From Paramicrosporidium saccamoebae KSL3 (taxonomy: Eukaryota > Fungi > Cryptomycota), in assembly GCA_002794465.1 (NCBI GenBank), contig MTSL01000213.1:52019-84018 (forward strand): DNA of 32,000 bases, in the 5' to 3' direction. Made by a program: the position numbers and the translations under genes. The notes under the pieces were generated by a model. The model saw only the letters and a list, made by a program, of their open reading frames with translations, ran no database searches and had not been told where the DNA came from. Of the stretch, positions 9,120 through 18,505 are shown piece after piece; positions within the stretch are counted from its first letter, which is position 1; the number at the start of each line of letters is the position of its first letter.

Positions 9120-10712
9120 ATGTGGTTTCCAATCATACTCTTTTTTCTTGGAATCACCACCTGTATCACAGTAGAATTTACTCCTGAGACCTTGCTTCAG
9201 CAGAGTACACTTGAACAAGTCAACTGTCTCCTGACTGCAGTATCGTTTGACAATTCAAACAACGTGCGTACTTTTCTCGGGCTGTTGGAGTGCCCAATAC
9301 ACAACTTTAAGAAACTTTACTACAACCACATTCGAGAGAGTACTAGGTTGGGGGCATTGAAAGAATTGGCGAGAGATCCAAAAATGCACGATTTGCTATT
9401 TCAGGCAGATAAACTAGTCACCTGTCCTGAGCTTGCATGCTGGATTTTTCTGGTTCTAAAAATCGAATATGATGGGCGACTGCTTGTCAACTCAGGAGGA
9501 GATACTTACGCTGCCGTGGGCACATTCATGAAATATCCAAACTTGCTGGAGGCTGTAATTCAAGAGGCAACTAAAAAACTGCACGAAATGACAAGTTTGA
9601 ACTGGCTGAGAGAATATCTACGCGTTGCGTCTACAGAGGACTCGTTGAATCTATTGGATATCCTTGAGGATCATATGACTCCCCAAATACTGGCAATATA
9701 CTTTGAGAGCTTTCCTGGACAGACAGCATTCCTGGATGTTTATCTAACTAATACCATGACTGATGATGCCGATAAAGTCATCCGCCTATTAATTGCACAC
9801 GCCGCCAAGTACTGGGCATATATCGAGTTTACCGAAGAACAATTAGAAGTAATCAATAATGTCTGGACCATCGCCGTTAGTGGGGACAACAGGGCGTTTC
9901 AAGGATTTATTGAACAGTATTTAGAGAAAACTGAGGCATCTGGAAATTTGTTTTTCGAGGTTGTGGAGAGATTGACTGCAGCCAGCAGACAATTGGATAC
10001 CCGGCCCAGCTGGGGGCTCCTGGGATCTTTGCTCTTGATGTGTAATTCTCACCCATATATCCCGCAAAAAGATTGCAAAAGACTGACTGTTGACTATATC
10101 AATGAGATGACGCCATCACGCACCACTCCGCTGATGACCCGGCTTATTTCCACAATTTACCCCCTCAAATATCCTACTCCACCTGTAGCATACTGGTCCG
10201 CAAAGATGCTTCCCCCAGAAGAGGCACGATTGTTGTGGTTAAGAAGCGACACCTTGCATATTGCAGCAAAAGGTTTTCGCGCTAACCGTTCAATCAGCGA
10301 TCTGGCCTGGTACTTGCGAGATTTCAGACAATTCCCATGGAACGCACGGCTTAAGGGTGCGCCGGTGGTAAAAGTCATCAGGACCGAGGCCAAAAGCGCC
10401 ATCTTCCACCTCTATCGGTGCAATATAGACCATCGTATCAAAGCGACAGATGGAGGCAACGCATACCTCTTGGTCAGGACGCTATTAATGGCGTTACCGT
10501 ATGCTGTTGCGCGAGGAGAGTTCCTGGACATTAGTGTTCTCACCAGCAAGGGAACGGAGCATTCTTGGATACGTCTTTGTGACCAACTATCTTACGAGCT
10601 TGAGGAGGAGAAACTAGACCCTTACGTGAAGCTGAGGGATATATTGCAGTACTCTGGGTTCTTGTACTACTTTACGCCAGCCTCCCTACAACAGCTCCTT
10701 GTTAATAAATAA
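9120..10712 (+). CDS. Secreted family paralogue 1, 530 aa from ATG 9120, unknown function
   Basis: Signal-like MWFPIILFFLGITTC. Family motifs WLREYL, MTPQIL, ALPYA, YFTPASLQQLL. The track start at 9078 adds 14 aa ahead of the signal-like segment. Confidence 0.88.
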   Translation: MWFPIILFFLGITTCITVEFTPETLLQQSTLEQVNCLLTAVSFDNSNNVRTFLGLLECPIHNFKKLYYNHIRESTRLGALKELARDPKMHDLLFQADKLVTCPELACWIFLVLKIEYDGRLLVNSGGDTYAAVGTFMKYPNLLEAVIQEATKKLHEMTSLNWLREYLRVASTEDSLNLLDILEDHMTPQILAIYFESFPGQTAFLDVYLTNTMTDDADKVIRLLIAHAAKYWAYIEFTEEQLEVINNVWTIAVSGDNRAFQGFIEQYLEKTEASGNLFFEVVERLTAASRQLDTRPSWGLLGSLLLMCNSHPYIPQKDCKRLTVDYINEMTPSRTTPLMTRLISTIYPLKYPTPPVAYWSAKMLPPEEARLLWLRSDTLHIAAKGFRANRSISDLAWYLRDFRQFPWNARLKGAPVVKVIRTEAKSAIFHLYRCNIDHRIKATDGGNAYLLVRTLLMALPYAVARGEFLDISVLTSKGTEHSWIRLCDQLSYELEEEKLDPYVKLRDILQYSGFLYYFTPASLQQLLVNK

Positions 10713-10721
10713 ATTAGTCAT

Positions 10722-12311
10722 ATGCAAGTACTGCTATTGACTGTGCTGGTGACCACCGTTGCTGGTCTATGGGTCTCCTTCACGTTAAACAATCTACATC
10801 GGTATGGCAGTAGACAGACTGTGGTGGCCCTCATGTCGATTTTCAGCCTGGGGAGGAGGAATATCGACATCATTTGCCAAATGTTGGCGTCTCGTGAATA
10901 TGATTTGCACACTATTTATGATGAAATCACAGAATCTAGTAATAGGGCAGACTTGCTGAGCAGCCTGTACGAGGATCAAAACCTACATGATTTACTATTC
11001 AATGCGCGCAAATTGATACATAACCACCGACTTGCATATTTAGTTCTGCTAAGGACCCCGACAAGATACAAGGGGAATTTGGTCTCTGATGCGTCAACAA
11101 CAGCAATTAACATTGCACAATTGTATGGATTTCCTTTACTCCTGAAGGCACGTCTGATATACATTGCAGTGAATGCTCAGATGGGCAACGTAGAGACTTT
11201 GGAGTGGCTGGCGGAGTATCTAGCTGGATCTAGCATCAAAGAAGCTCGGGGTGTGATGAATCTACTAAGCCCTCAAGAAATGACACCACATGTTCTGCAA
11301 GTATTTCTTGACCGACTTAATGAAGATGCAATTTTTTTGCAAACGTTTTTACATGATGATGATGCAATGGTCATGGATCTCCTGAGAAGGTTAATGGTGT
11401 TATGTGTAGCGGTGAGGCTGAGGAATAAAGATTTATCCCCACAGCAGCAGCTTGTGGGAATGGAAAGGTGGAAGCGGATTCGAGGAATGAGATTGTTCTA
11501 CAAGAAAAAGGAAATTAGCGGAGAGTCACTATATTCCTTTGCAATGAACCAGATGGAATCGGACGATGGTAAGCTTAGAGAACGAGCGATGGATGCACTG
11601 AGTTATTGGGGATTATCCACACGGGACAGGTCGTATTGGGGAATGTTGACGGGATTAATGGAGTTGGGAGAAGGAGATGTGGCTTGGTTCTTCCGGACTG
11701 TGCGCAGAGAATCAGTTGCTCCCATGACGTTCCTTTCCCTCTGTCGACAGTTCATAACGATATGCCTGGAACATTTGCCAAGATTTAAGGACTGGCCCGA
11801 TGAGTATTTTTTTTACGAGCTACTCCCTCTCAATGTGGTTGTGCAAGAGTGGATGCGTGGGGGACAATTTACCCTTTTGCAAGCCGATGAGATGCACTAT
11901 TCAACGCTGATAGAAGCGGAGGGCGAAATACTTGAATATTCAAAGCTTCCCTGGAACGGACACGTGGGCGAAGGGCGTGTTACTACATGGATTGGCGACG
12001 CACTAATTGCAAAGCTCCAGAGAATCTTATCTGGCTCAATATACACATCAGGGTCATTTGTAACATGTATGGCCCTGACCATCCCATATTTGATCGCCTG
12101 CAAAAAGAAGCTGGACTTTTCCAGAGCATTCCAGGATCTTTCACCTAATGCCACTTGGAAACAGTTGTATCATTATCTCGACCGGAACTTTCCGTCCAAA
12201 AGGAAGCTTGCTTCATTTATTGCACAAATGGAAGACTTGACAGAGTATTTTACGTTTACATCCGTACGAATTCTTATAGATAGTTCGTACTACTATCACG
12301 CAATCCCATAA
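10722..12311 (+). CDS. Secreted family paralogue 2, 529 aa
   Basis: Signal-like MQVLLLTVLVTTVAG. Motifs WLAEYL, MTPHVL, WIGDALI, TIPYL, YFTFTSVRILI. Confidence 0.88.
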   Translation: MQVLLLTVLVTTVAGLWVSFTLNNLHRYGSRQTVVALMSIFSLGRRNIDIICQMLASREYDLHTIYDEITESSNRADLLSSLYEDQNLHDLLFNARKLIHNHRLAYLVLLRTPTRYKGNLVSDASTTAINIAQLYGFPLLLKARLIYIAVNAQMGNVETLEWLAEYLAGSSIKEARGVMNLLSPQEMTPHVLQVFLDRLNEDAIFLQTFLHDDDAMVMDLLRRLMVLCVAVRLRNKDLSPQQQLVGMERWKRIRGMRLFYKKKEISGESLYSFAMNQMESDDGKLRERAMDALSYWGLSTRDRSYWGMLTGLMELGEGDVAWFFRTVRRESVAPMTFLSLCRQFITICLEHLPRFKDWPDEYFFYELLPLNVVVQEWMRGGQFTLLQADEMHYSTLIEAEGEILEYSKLPWNGHVGEGRVTTWIGDALIAKLQRILSGSIYTSGSFVTCMALTIPYLIACKKKLDFSRAFQDLSPNATWKQLYHYLDRNFPSKRKLASFIAQMEDLTEYFTFTSVRILIDSSYYYHAIP

Positions 12312-12341
12312 TTGCCAACTTGAAAGGGATGGGCTATTAAA

Positions 12342-12399
12342 TGGGCTGGCAACACATTAATTACAAACTCTAACAATGTTATCTGGCTCAATATCCACA
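12342..12399 (+). pseudogene. Degraded duplicate of a paralogue 2 coding segment (11988-12047)
   Basis: Shares ttatctggctcaatat (16 nt identical) plus flanking similarity. Reads WAGNTLIT against WIGDALIA, then loses frame. Confidence 0.6.
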
Positions 12400-12457
12400 C
12401 GAGACGATTGACGATTAATTCATGTTGTTGCCTCATGTTGCTGCCATGTCGTTAATC

Positions 12458-12587
12458 CACATTACAACTTTATATTACTAATTCACATTACAATTCTACA
12501 TTACTAATTCACATTACAACTTTGCATTACTAACTCACATTACAACTTTGCATTACTAATTAAAATTACAACTTTTCATCATTAATT
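12458..12587. repeat. 26-nt minisatellite, 5 copies
   Basis: Unit cacattacaactttgcattactaatt at 12458, 12484, 12510, 12536, 12562. Confidence 0.93.
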
Positions 12588-12674
12588 TGCAAATCTCCTA
12601 CTATACAAGTTCCCTCTCCATCAATGGCTCACACACAATCAGACACTCACTACAGCGCACTAGTCCGGGGTATA

Positions 12675-14210
12675 ATGACTATTTTCCAGTTGCTAGTCTT
12701 TATTACATGCGTTGCCTCGCTTGAGATCCAATTTACAGAAAAAGAACTAGTGTATAATGGAACGTTCGAGTCCATGGAGGTCATTTTCAAATCGATTAGT
12801 TTCAGCCTGCCGAATGCTATGAAAGTGGCAGAGATGTTTCGTTCGCCATTATATGAGTATGCAATCCATTATGATGGAATTGGAGAGACTAAAGAATGCA
12901 TTGACCAGCTGGTAGAGTTGGCAAAAGAAAAAGAGTTGAATGCCGCGCTGCTCTCCGTATCCAAATTGGTTGCCGATCCAAGACTTGCGCGTAGAATCCT
13001 GGCCGAGAATATTCCACTTGAAACGTGTCTGGTATGCATAGAATCCGAAATTGGAGGGTTGCGACTAAGAATGACCGATGAATGGGTACAAGAGAGTCTA
13101 ATGCTTCTTGCCACCAAGCAACTCTCCCGTATGGATTCTCTTTGCTGGCTGCGGCAATACCTAGAACACGCAACTAAGGCAAAGATTTCTCGGCTGGCAG
13201 AGCTGCTAGTCCCGAACATGACACCCGATATTATCGCACTGCTTCTACCCAAGACAAATGCAGTGTTTTTGGAAAATTATTTATCTACTGATGTACTCTG
13301 CAGACTGCTAATTGTCTCTTTGGCAAAAATGACGTGTCAGGCTAGTCTCACTCCTCTGCAAGAGAGTATAATTTATGCTCGTTGGCAGGATTTCTCCTTA
13401 GAGACAGTCCGAATTCACGAAGAATCACATTCTGGTGACGTATTCACAAGCTTCAAAGACCATCATTTAAGTGATTCTGAGCCTGCGGCGGATCCGCAAT
13501 TGTTTGTAAAAGTGTTTGGACTGTTGGCCAATATAGGAAAAGACAGAAGCGATCTTTCGTTTTGGGCAATTTTGGCAAAATTGCTTCTACATTGCGATGG
13601 CGTCGTGGATCAAGGCGTGTGCATGGAGCGAACCGCATGGTACCTTGAAACTGTAGATTTCTCGATAGTTCCGCCATCCGTTATTAGAGAGCTGATATTT
13701 CGCCATGTTCCGCGATGGGATGATTCCTATTTTAAAAAGACTTTGGAACGTATCCCGACGAGTCATATCCCTAACAGATTGCTGCTTCCACAAACTGCCT
13801 TGCAACGATGGGTGCGCTACCCGCCGTTCATAATGCTACCACAAAAACATGACCGGGACCTAAAAACTTGGGAAAAAGTCGCAAGTCTCATTGTTGGCCG
13901 GCGAGTACTCCCGCTGAACGTGTGGGTCTGTGGCCAATGGATCGGCGATGCGCTCATTCGGCGCGCAGAGTCCACCGTGCAGAGCATTGAGGGAATGCTA
14001 ATGGCCTGGCCGTATTTGCTCCTGACGGGGCGAAAAATGGCCATGGGAGCGCTCTTTGAGGATACGGATCAGAACTGGCAAATGTTCATCCGTCGAGTAA
14101 ATGTTTTAGCTAATCGTAATCAAAGGATGATGCTAGAAGCATTTTACATTCCAAGGTTCTTTACCATTGAGACATTGCGCATGCTAATAGACAGCACCTT
14201 TAAGCAGTAG
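12675..14210 (+). CDS. Secreted family paralogue 3, 511 aa from ATG 12675
   Basis: Signal-like MTIFQLLVFITCVAS. Motifs WLRQYL, MTPDII, WIGDALI, AWPYL, FFTIETLRMLI. The upstream ATG 12624 would add 17 polar residues. Confidence 0.88.
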   Translation: MTIFQLLVFITCVASLEIQFTEKELVYNGTFESMEVIFKSISFSLPNAMKVAEMFRSPLYEYAIHYDGIGETKECIDQLVELAKEKELNAALLSVSKLVADPRLARRILAENIPLETCLVCIESEIGGLRLRMTDEWVQESLMLLATKQLSRMDSLCWLRQYLEHATKAKISRLAELLVPNMTPDIIALLLPKTNAVFLENYLSTDVLCRLLIVSLAKMTCQASLTPLQESIIYARWQDFSLETVRIHEESHSGDVFTSFKDHHLSDSEPAADPQLFVKVFGLLANIGKDRSDLSFWAILAKLLLHCDGVVDQGVCMERTAWYLETVDFSIVPPSVIRELIFRHVPRWDDSYFKKTLERIPTSHIPNRLLLPQTALQRWVRYPPFIMLPQKHDRDLKTWEKVASLIVGRRVLPLNVWVCGQWIGDALIRRAESTVQSIEGMLMAWPYLLLTGRKMAMGALFEDTDQNWQMFIRRVNVLANRNQRMMLEAFYIPRFFTIETLRMLIDSTFKQ

Positions 14211-14357
14211 TAAAACAGTTATATTTGCGCTTTATTGCAACCACGCAGTGGTATATCTGTAATCCATGCATCCTCGATAATTTATTATTTGGCAACACGC
14301 GACTCTCCTGGTTGTCGGCCCAGCCAGCAAAGTATTTTGGACTGCTTTATTAATGTA

Positions 14358-14514
14358 GCGTAGTGGGGATAATACCACAGACGGGAAGGGGGGTTGTTCA
14401 CTGCTAATCCTAGAACAGTATGGATACACATCTCACTGTGCTCACATACCCAGCAAAGCGATCCACTCTAGCACACAAATACCCAACTAATCAACCCTCT
14501 GCCTCTACGTCACA
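14358..14514 (+). repeat. Dispersed non-coding element A, copy 1 (pairs with 20316-20477)
   Basis: Identical first 15 nt, a G-run, a 43-nt core (14397-14439) with 1 mismatch, and shared aaatacccaactaatca and tctacgtcaca blocks. Confidence 0.9.
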
Positions 14515-14593
14515 TAGCCAATTAATCAATCCTCTACATCACAATTAAGATCCCTGGTCTGTAAATAAGCAATCTCACAATTGGCAATATTTC

Positions 14594-16126
14594 ATGTTAG
14601 CACTCATCGTACTATCACTCCCATTCGTGCTCTCCGTCAAAGTTTGCATCTCGCCGAGGCAATTTGCACGACAATTTAGCCGAAACTGCATCGATGTAGT
14701 GGTTGGAAGTTTTGAGATAGAAGCACGGAATTTACTTGCCTTTACGGAGCTACTCAATAGTGACGAATACAATTATCGTCAGCATTATGATATTATTGTC
14801 GAATCGCCCGAAAGAACCGAACAGCTGCAGACTCTTATTAAGCAAGAGTCACTGCACGGTGAGCCATTACTTAGTGTCAGCAAGCTGGTTATTAATCCAC
14901 AACTCGCCCAGACCATGTTTAGCAATGGGAGGAGATATTCGGGAGTGCTGGTGAGCAAGCTTCCCGTGAACAACCTTGAGCAAGTAGAGTTTTATTGGAG
15001 CAACAGCCATCTGTTTAGAAGGATTATTTGCTATGCGCTTGAAAATCAGATGCATCTGGTGGAAGACTGGGACTGGCTATATGGATATCTCAATGTCGCT
15101 GGCTCTGACACAGCCCGGTGGCTGCTATTCAAGATAGGAGTGGATATGTCCGCTGCTATGCTGTATCGCTTTGTTTATAAATTCCCCAGCCTCATGTCAG
15201 CATATCTGGAGTGGAGTGGTCCGGATTACCTCTTGCAGGCAATTAATGTACATTTGGTGAGGCTGATCTATGGCGTGCAGTTGACATCAGCACAATTGCA
15301 TGCGCTAAAGAGAGGATGCAGAGAGGTCACAAATATTCGTCTACTGCAGCTAGTTGAGTGGGTCTTGTCTCCATCCTCAGGAGCGTCCCAAAAAGGCTAC
15401 AGCGCGCTGTTAGAGAGTCTATACCGACTTGCTTTGTTTCAGAATAATCGAATAGTGTGGACCATCATAGGCCACGTCATTCGTTTATGCGATCTATTCT
15501 ATATGCCCAACTGTGCAGAGATAGTCGCTAAATATCTGCAAACGGTGAAAATGGAAAATACCTGTCCTTGGATGGCCCGAGCGCTGATAAGCAAGCATCA
15601 CAATATTTCCTCCCCTATTATTACGCGCTTCCCTGCTACCTTCATACCCTATCAACGCCTGCCACTGCCGCTAGTTCGGTCCTTGTGGCTGCGAGACAGT
15701 CCGCTGACTACTTGGATTGGCCAGGCATTGCCGGTGCGGGACGTTTCCATTCTCATCAAAAACTTTCAAAGGGGTATCATGGGACTACCCGTTAACCTGG
15801 ATAGCTCCTTGGACGCTGGTGAAATGTGTTGTACTGAGTGGTTCATCACCAAGTTCACATCACTGGGGCCATCTGACAAGATTGAGCTCTTGAGAGCCAT
15901 GATTGTGTCATGGCCATACTTGATTTTTCAACGATTGCAAGTCCGCCATCCCCTGATCTACGATGATGTGGATGCTGACTGGGAAACTTATTTCCACCGA
16001 CTGACTTACCGGCTGGATATTGACCGGCTATACTTGCTAGATCTGTGGGAGCTGGCAGGGCAGACAAACGTTATGACATATTTTACCCCTTCCACACTCC
16101 AACAGCTACTCACGGCCAAACAATAA
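14594..16126 (+). CDS. Secreted family paralogue 4, 510 aa
   Basis: Signal-like MLALIVLSLPFVLS. Motifs HYDIIVESPER, WLYGYL, SWPYL, YFTPSTLQQLL. Confidence 0.88.
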   Translation: MLALIVLSLPFVLSVKVCISPRQFARQFSRNCIDVVVGSFEIEARNLLAFTELLNSDEYNYRQHYDIIVESPERTEQLQTLIKQESLHGEPLLSVSKLVINPQLAQTMFSNGRRYSGVLVSKLPVNNLEQVEFYWSNSHLFRRIICYALENQMHLVEDWDWLYGYLNVAGSDTARWLLFKIGVDMSAAMLYRFVYKFPSLMSAYLEWSGPDYLLQAINVHLVRLIYGVQLTSAQLHALKRGCREVTNIRLLQLVEWVLSPSSGASQKGYSALLESLYRLALFQNNRIVWTIIGHVIRLCDLFYMPNCAEIVAKYLQTVKMENTCPWMARALISKHHNISSPIITRFPATFIPYQRLPLPLVRSLWLRDSPLTTWIGQALPVRDVSILIKNFQRGIMGLPVNLDSSLDAGEMCCTEWFITKFTSLGPSDKIELLRAMIVSWPYLIFQRLQVRHPLIYDDVDADWETYFHRLTYRLDIDRLYLLDLWELAGQTNVMTYFTPSTLQQLLTAKQ

Positions 16127-16671
16127 TCCTGCCAATGCAAATCGGTAGGCCTTGCCGAGTGGCATGTACAAGAGGAATTTTGCCAGCTATGACTCTCACT
16201 AACTGTGCATGTGCCGCGTAGTAAAAAAGCACCACGGTGCCAATTTAAATGAGCGGCAAGGAACTGTTCCTTATCAATTGGAATGAACTTGTTGACATAG
16301 TGTCCAAAAATTAGAGAGTCGATCTTTCCATTCCTTGACTCACTCTCCTTTTCATATTTGGACAAATACCCAGCACCAAGCACCCAGTACTCAGCACCCA
16401 GCTAAATACTCCACTATCTCACAAATCCATCGCTCTACAGTATTACAGGATCAGGGAAGCCCAAGGACCGTTCCATATTTTTCTTTATGCCGGATCGATA
16501 GGACGGCCACCTGTCATTTTAATACTTGAACAATAATGTCACATTAAATTGATCAAACCGCCCATGGTTATCGGCCCCTCAAAACTCCTCAATATTATTC
16601 CAAATCACACATTATCATCATCAGCCATTGATTCCGAGTAAATGATTGGTCTTTGCTTCACTCTCTAGCGG

Positions 16672-18171
16672 ATGCTTGTCGTGGCGCTTTTGGTGCAAGT
16701 CTGTGCAGGCTTTATAGTACGATTTTACCCAGAAGGACTGACTCGCTCCCTTGGCGAGACTTCAAGGGCAATACTGGGTAGCTACCTTATTAATGAGGAG
16801 GGAATTGAAACGATCCACAAGCTGCTCCAATATGAAGGATGTAATTTTCAATGCTATTACAATGGGATTCGCGAAACGACCGAACGTGTAAAGCTCCTCA
16901 CGCCATTCATGCAGGATAAAAGATTGCACAAGACCATTTTCAGTGGGGGAAAGTTGATTGGAGACTTGGGATTGGCGCATACGCTGCTCAACAGTGGATG
17001 GGGAGAGTACACTGGAACAGTGTTGGACGTGCTTCCACAGAATCCAATCACATTCTGGCGAGGCTATGAGACACTTCGGATGCTTATTGAGAATGCCGTG
17101 GAGCGAGGAGAAGAGTGCGTGGATTACCAATGGCTGCGCCGGTACTTGAGAATTGCATATCCAGAAGCCGCCAACTCCCTATTAAGATTGTTCACTCCGA
17201 AAATGACGCCCACGATCCTCACTGAATTTCTGCTGTTTGCCTATCTGGAGGCTTATATACCAGCGGGGCTTCCAGATATCGAACTATTAGAGCGTTCGGT
17301 GATGACGATTGTGACGGGCCACCGACTCAACATAGATTGCCGCATTCGCTTCTGGGCCTCTATTCCGGAATACTTGGGCGGCGTATCTACCGTCATAATC
17401 GCGTCGCTGCTTGATACGGTAATGAATGGAGATCCTACAGATGAAAACTACATAGAGTTGTTGTCATTGTCTTTTCGGTTTGCGCAGAGGCAGAGATCGA
17501 GGCCCTGGTGGAGCGTCATTGCGTATTTGACTAGCATTTGCCACGAGCGAAAAATCAGTGAGGGAGTTTGTATGGGTACTGCTGGGATATATCTTGGCAC
17601 TGTCCCACCTAGCTATACCAACCCTAACGATATTAAATTGGTCACAAAGGCCTACAGGAGCGGAATCGATGTAAACATGCGTACCAGGTTTCCCTTGCAC
17701 TACTGGCCCATAGAATATCGACCATTAGACGTCCGTTTGGCTGCTTGGAGACAGCAAATGCCGATAATTCAATGGTCGTTTCACCGTGCAAGCACATTAG
17801 ACGCAGTCTTGGAAGGTGTTTTGATAATGCGTAGTTATCCATCAAATGTCACATTACAATCGACATTGCTCGGAGAATACCTCATACAACATGTGAAATG
17901 GGTAATGAGATTGACTGTCAACAAACCAGATCCCACATTAGCTATCATCATGTCGCTTCCTTACCACGTGCGGGCGGGACGGAAATGCCCCATCTGGCAG
18001 GATATTGATCTAACGGGAGGATGGGCCAAAGTGGTCAATAGGTTGACTATTAAATCAAGTTTGGCTACTAGAAAACGGGTCTGGAAGCTCTTGGAAATAT
18101 CTCGGCTGTCGTCACAATTTGCCCCTTCTGAGGTCTTTGTCTATGCAAACATTGTAGTAATTGATATATAA
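16672..18171 (+). CDS. Secreted family paralogue 5, 499 aa
   Basis: Signal-like MLVVALLVQVCAG. Motifs YYNGIRETTER, WLRRYL, MTPTIL, WPIEY, SLPYH. Confidence 0.87.
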   Translation: MLVVALLVQVCAGFIVRFYPEGLTRSLGETSRAILGSYLINEEGIETIHKLLQYEGCNFQCYYNGIRETTERVKLLTPFMQDKRLHKTIFSGGKLIGDLGLAHTLLNSGWGEYTGTVLDVLPQNPITFWRGYETLRMLIENAVERGEECVDYQWLRRYLRIAYPEAANSLLRLFTPKMTPTILTEFLLFAYLEAYIPAGLPDIELLERSVMTIVTGHRLNIDCRIRFWASIPEYLGGVSTVIIASLLDTVMNGDPTDENYIELLSLSFRFAQRQRSRPWWSVIAYLTSICHERKISEGVCMGTAGIYLGTVPPSYTNPNDIKLVTKAYRSGIDVNMRTRFPLHYWPIEYRPLDVRLAAWRQQMPIIQWSFHRASTLDAVLEGVLIMRSYPSNVTLQSTLLGEYLIQHVKWVMRLTVNKPDPTLAIIMSLPYHVRAGRKCPIWQDIDLTGGWAKVVNRLTIKSSLATRKRVWKLLEISRLSSQFAPSEVFVYANIVVIDI

Positions 18172-18505
18172 ACTAATAGTCTCTATGGCCATCACATTTC
18201 AAGTCATTGCGTTTATAGCAATCTTGAACTGAGATTACTTTTTTAATCAGCCTTTACTAAAGATACAAAACTCCCAGCTTATTGCGATATCGTTGTGTAA
18301 TAAACATGCCCAAAGAGGTGGTTTCCGGTCTAGCCGGTGACATCAACGAGTGTTCCTCAGTACTCCCATCTGGGCATGGCATTCCAATCTCGATCGTAGT
18401 GATGCAAGAGTTAAATCACAGCTTCAATTCAGCAATCTACCGCTCCAACTCAGCAATCTTAATTTTATGCTGGACGATGGGCCAATTTAATAACCAGGGA
18501 TTAAC

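Noticed and set aside
10701-10717. gttaataaataaattag as an intron fusing paralogues 1 and 2
   Set aside because: Only 17 nt, with a GTT donor unlike the GTA donors here, and removal shifts the frame.
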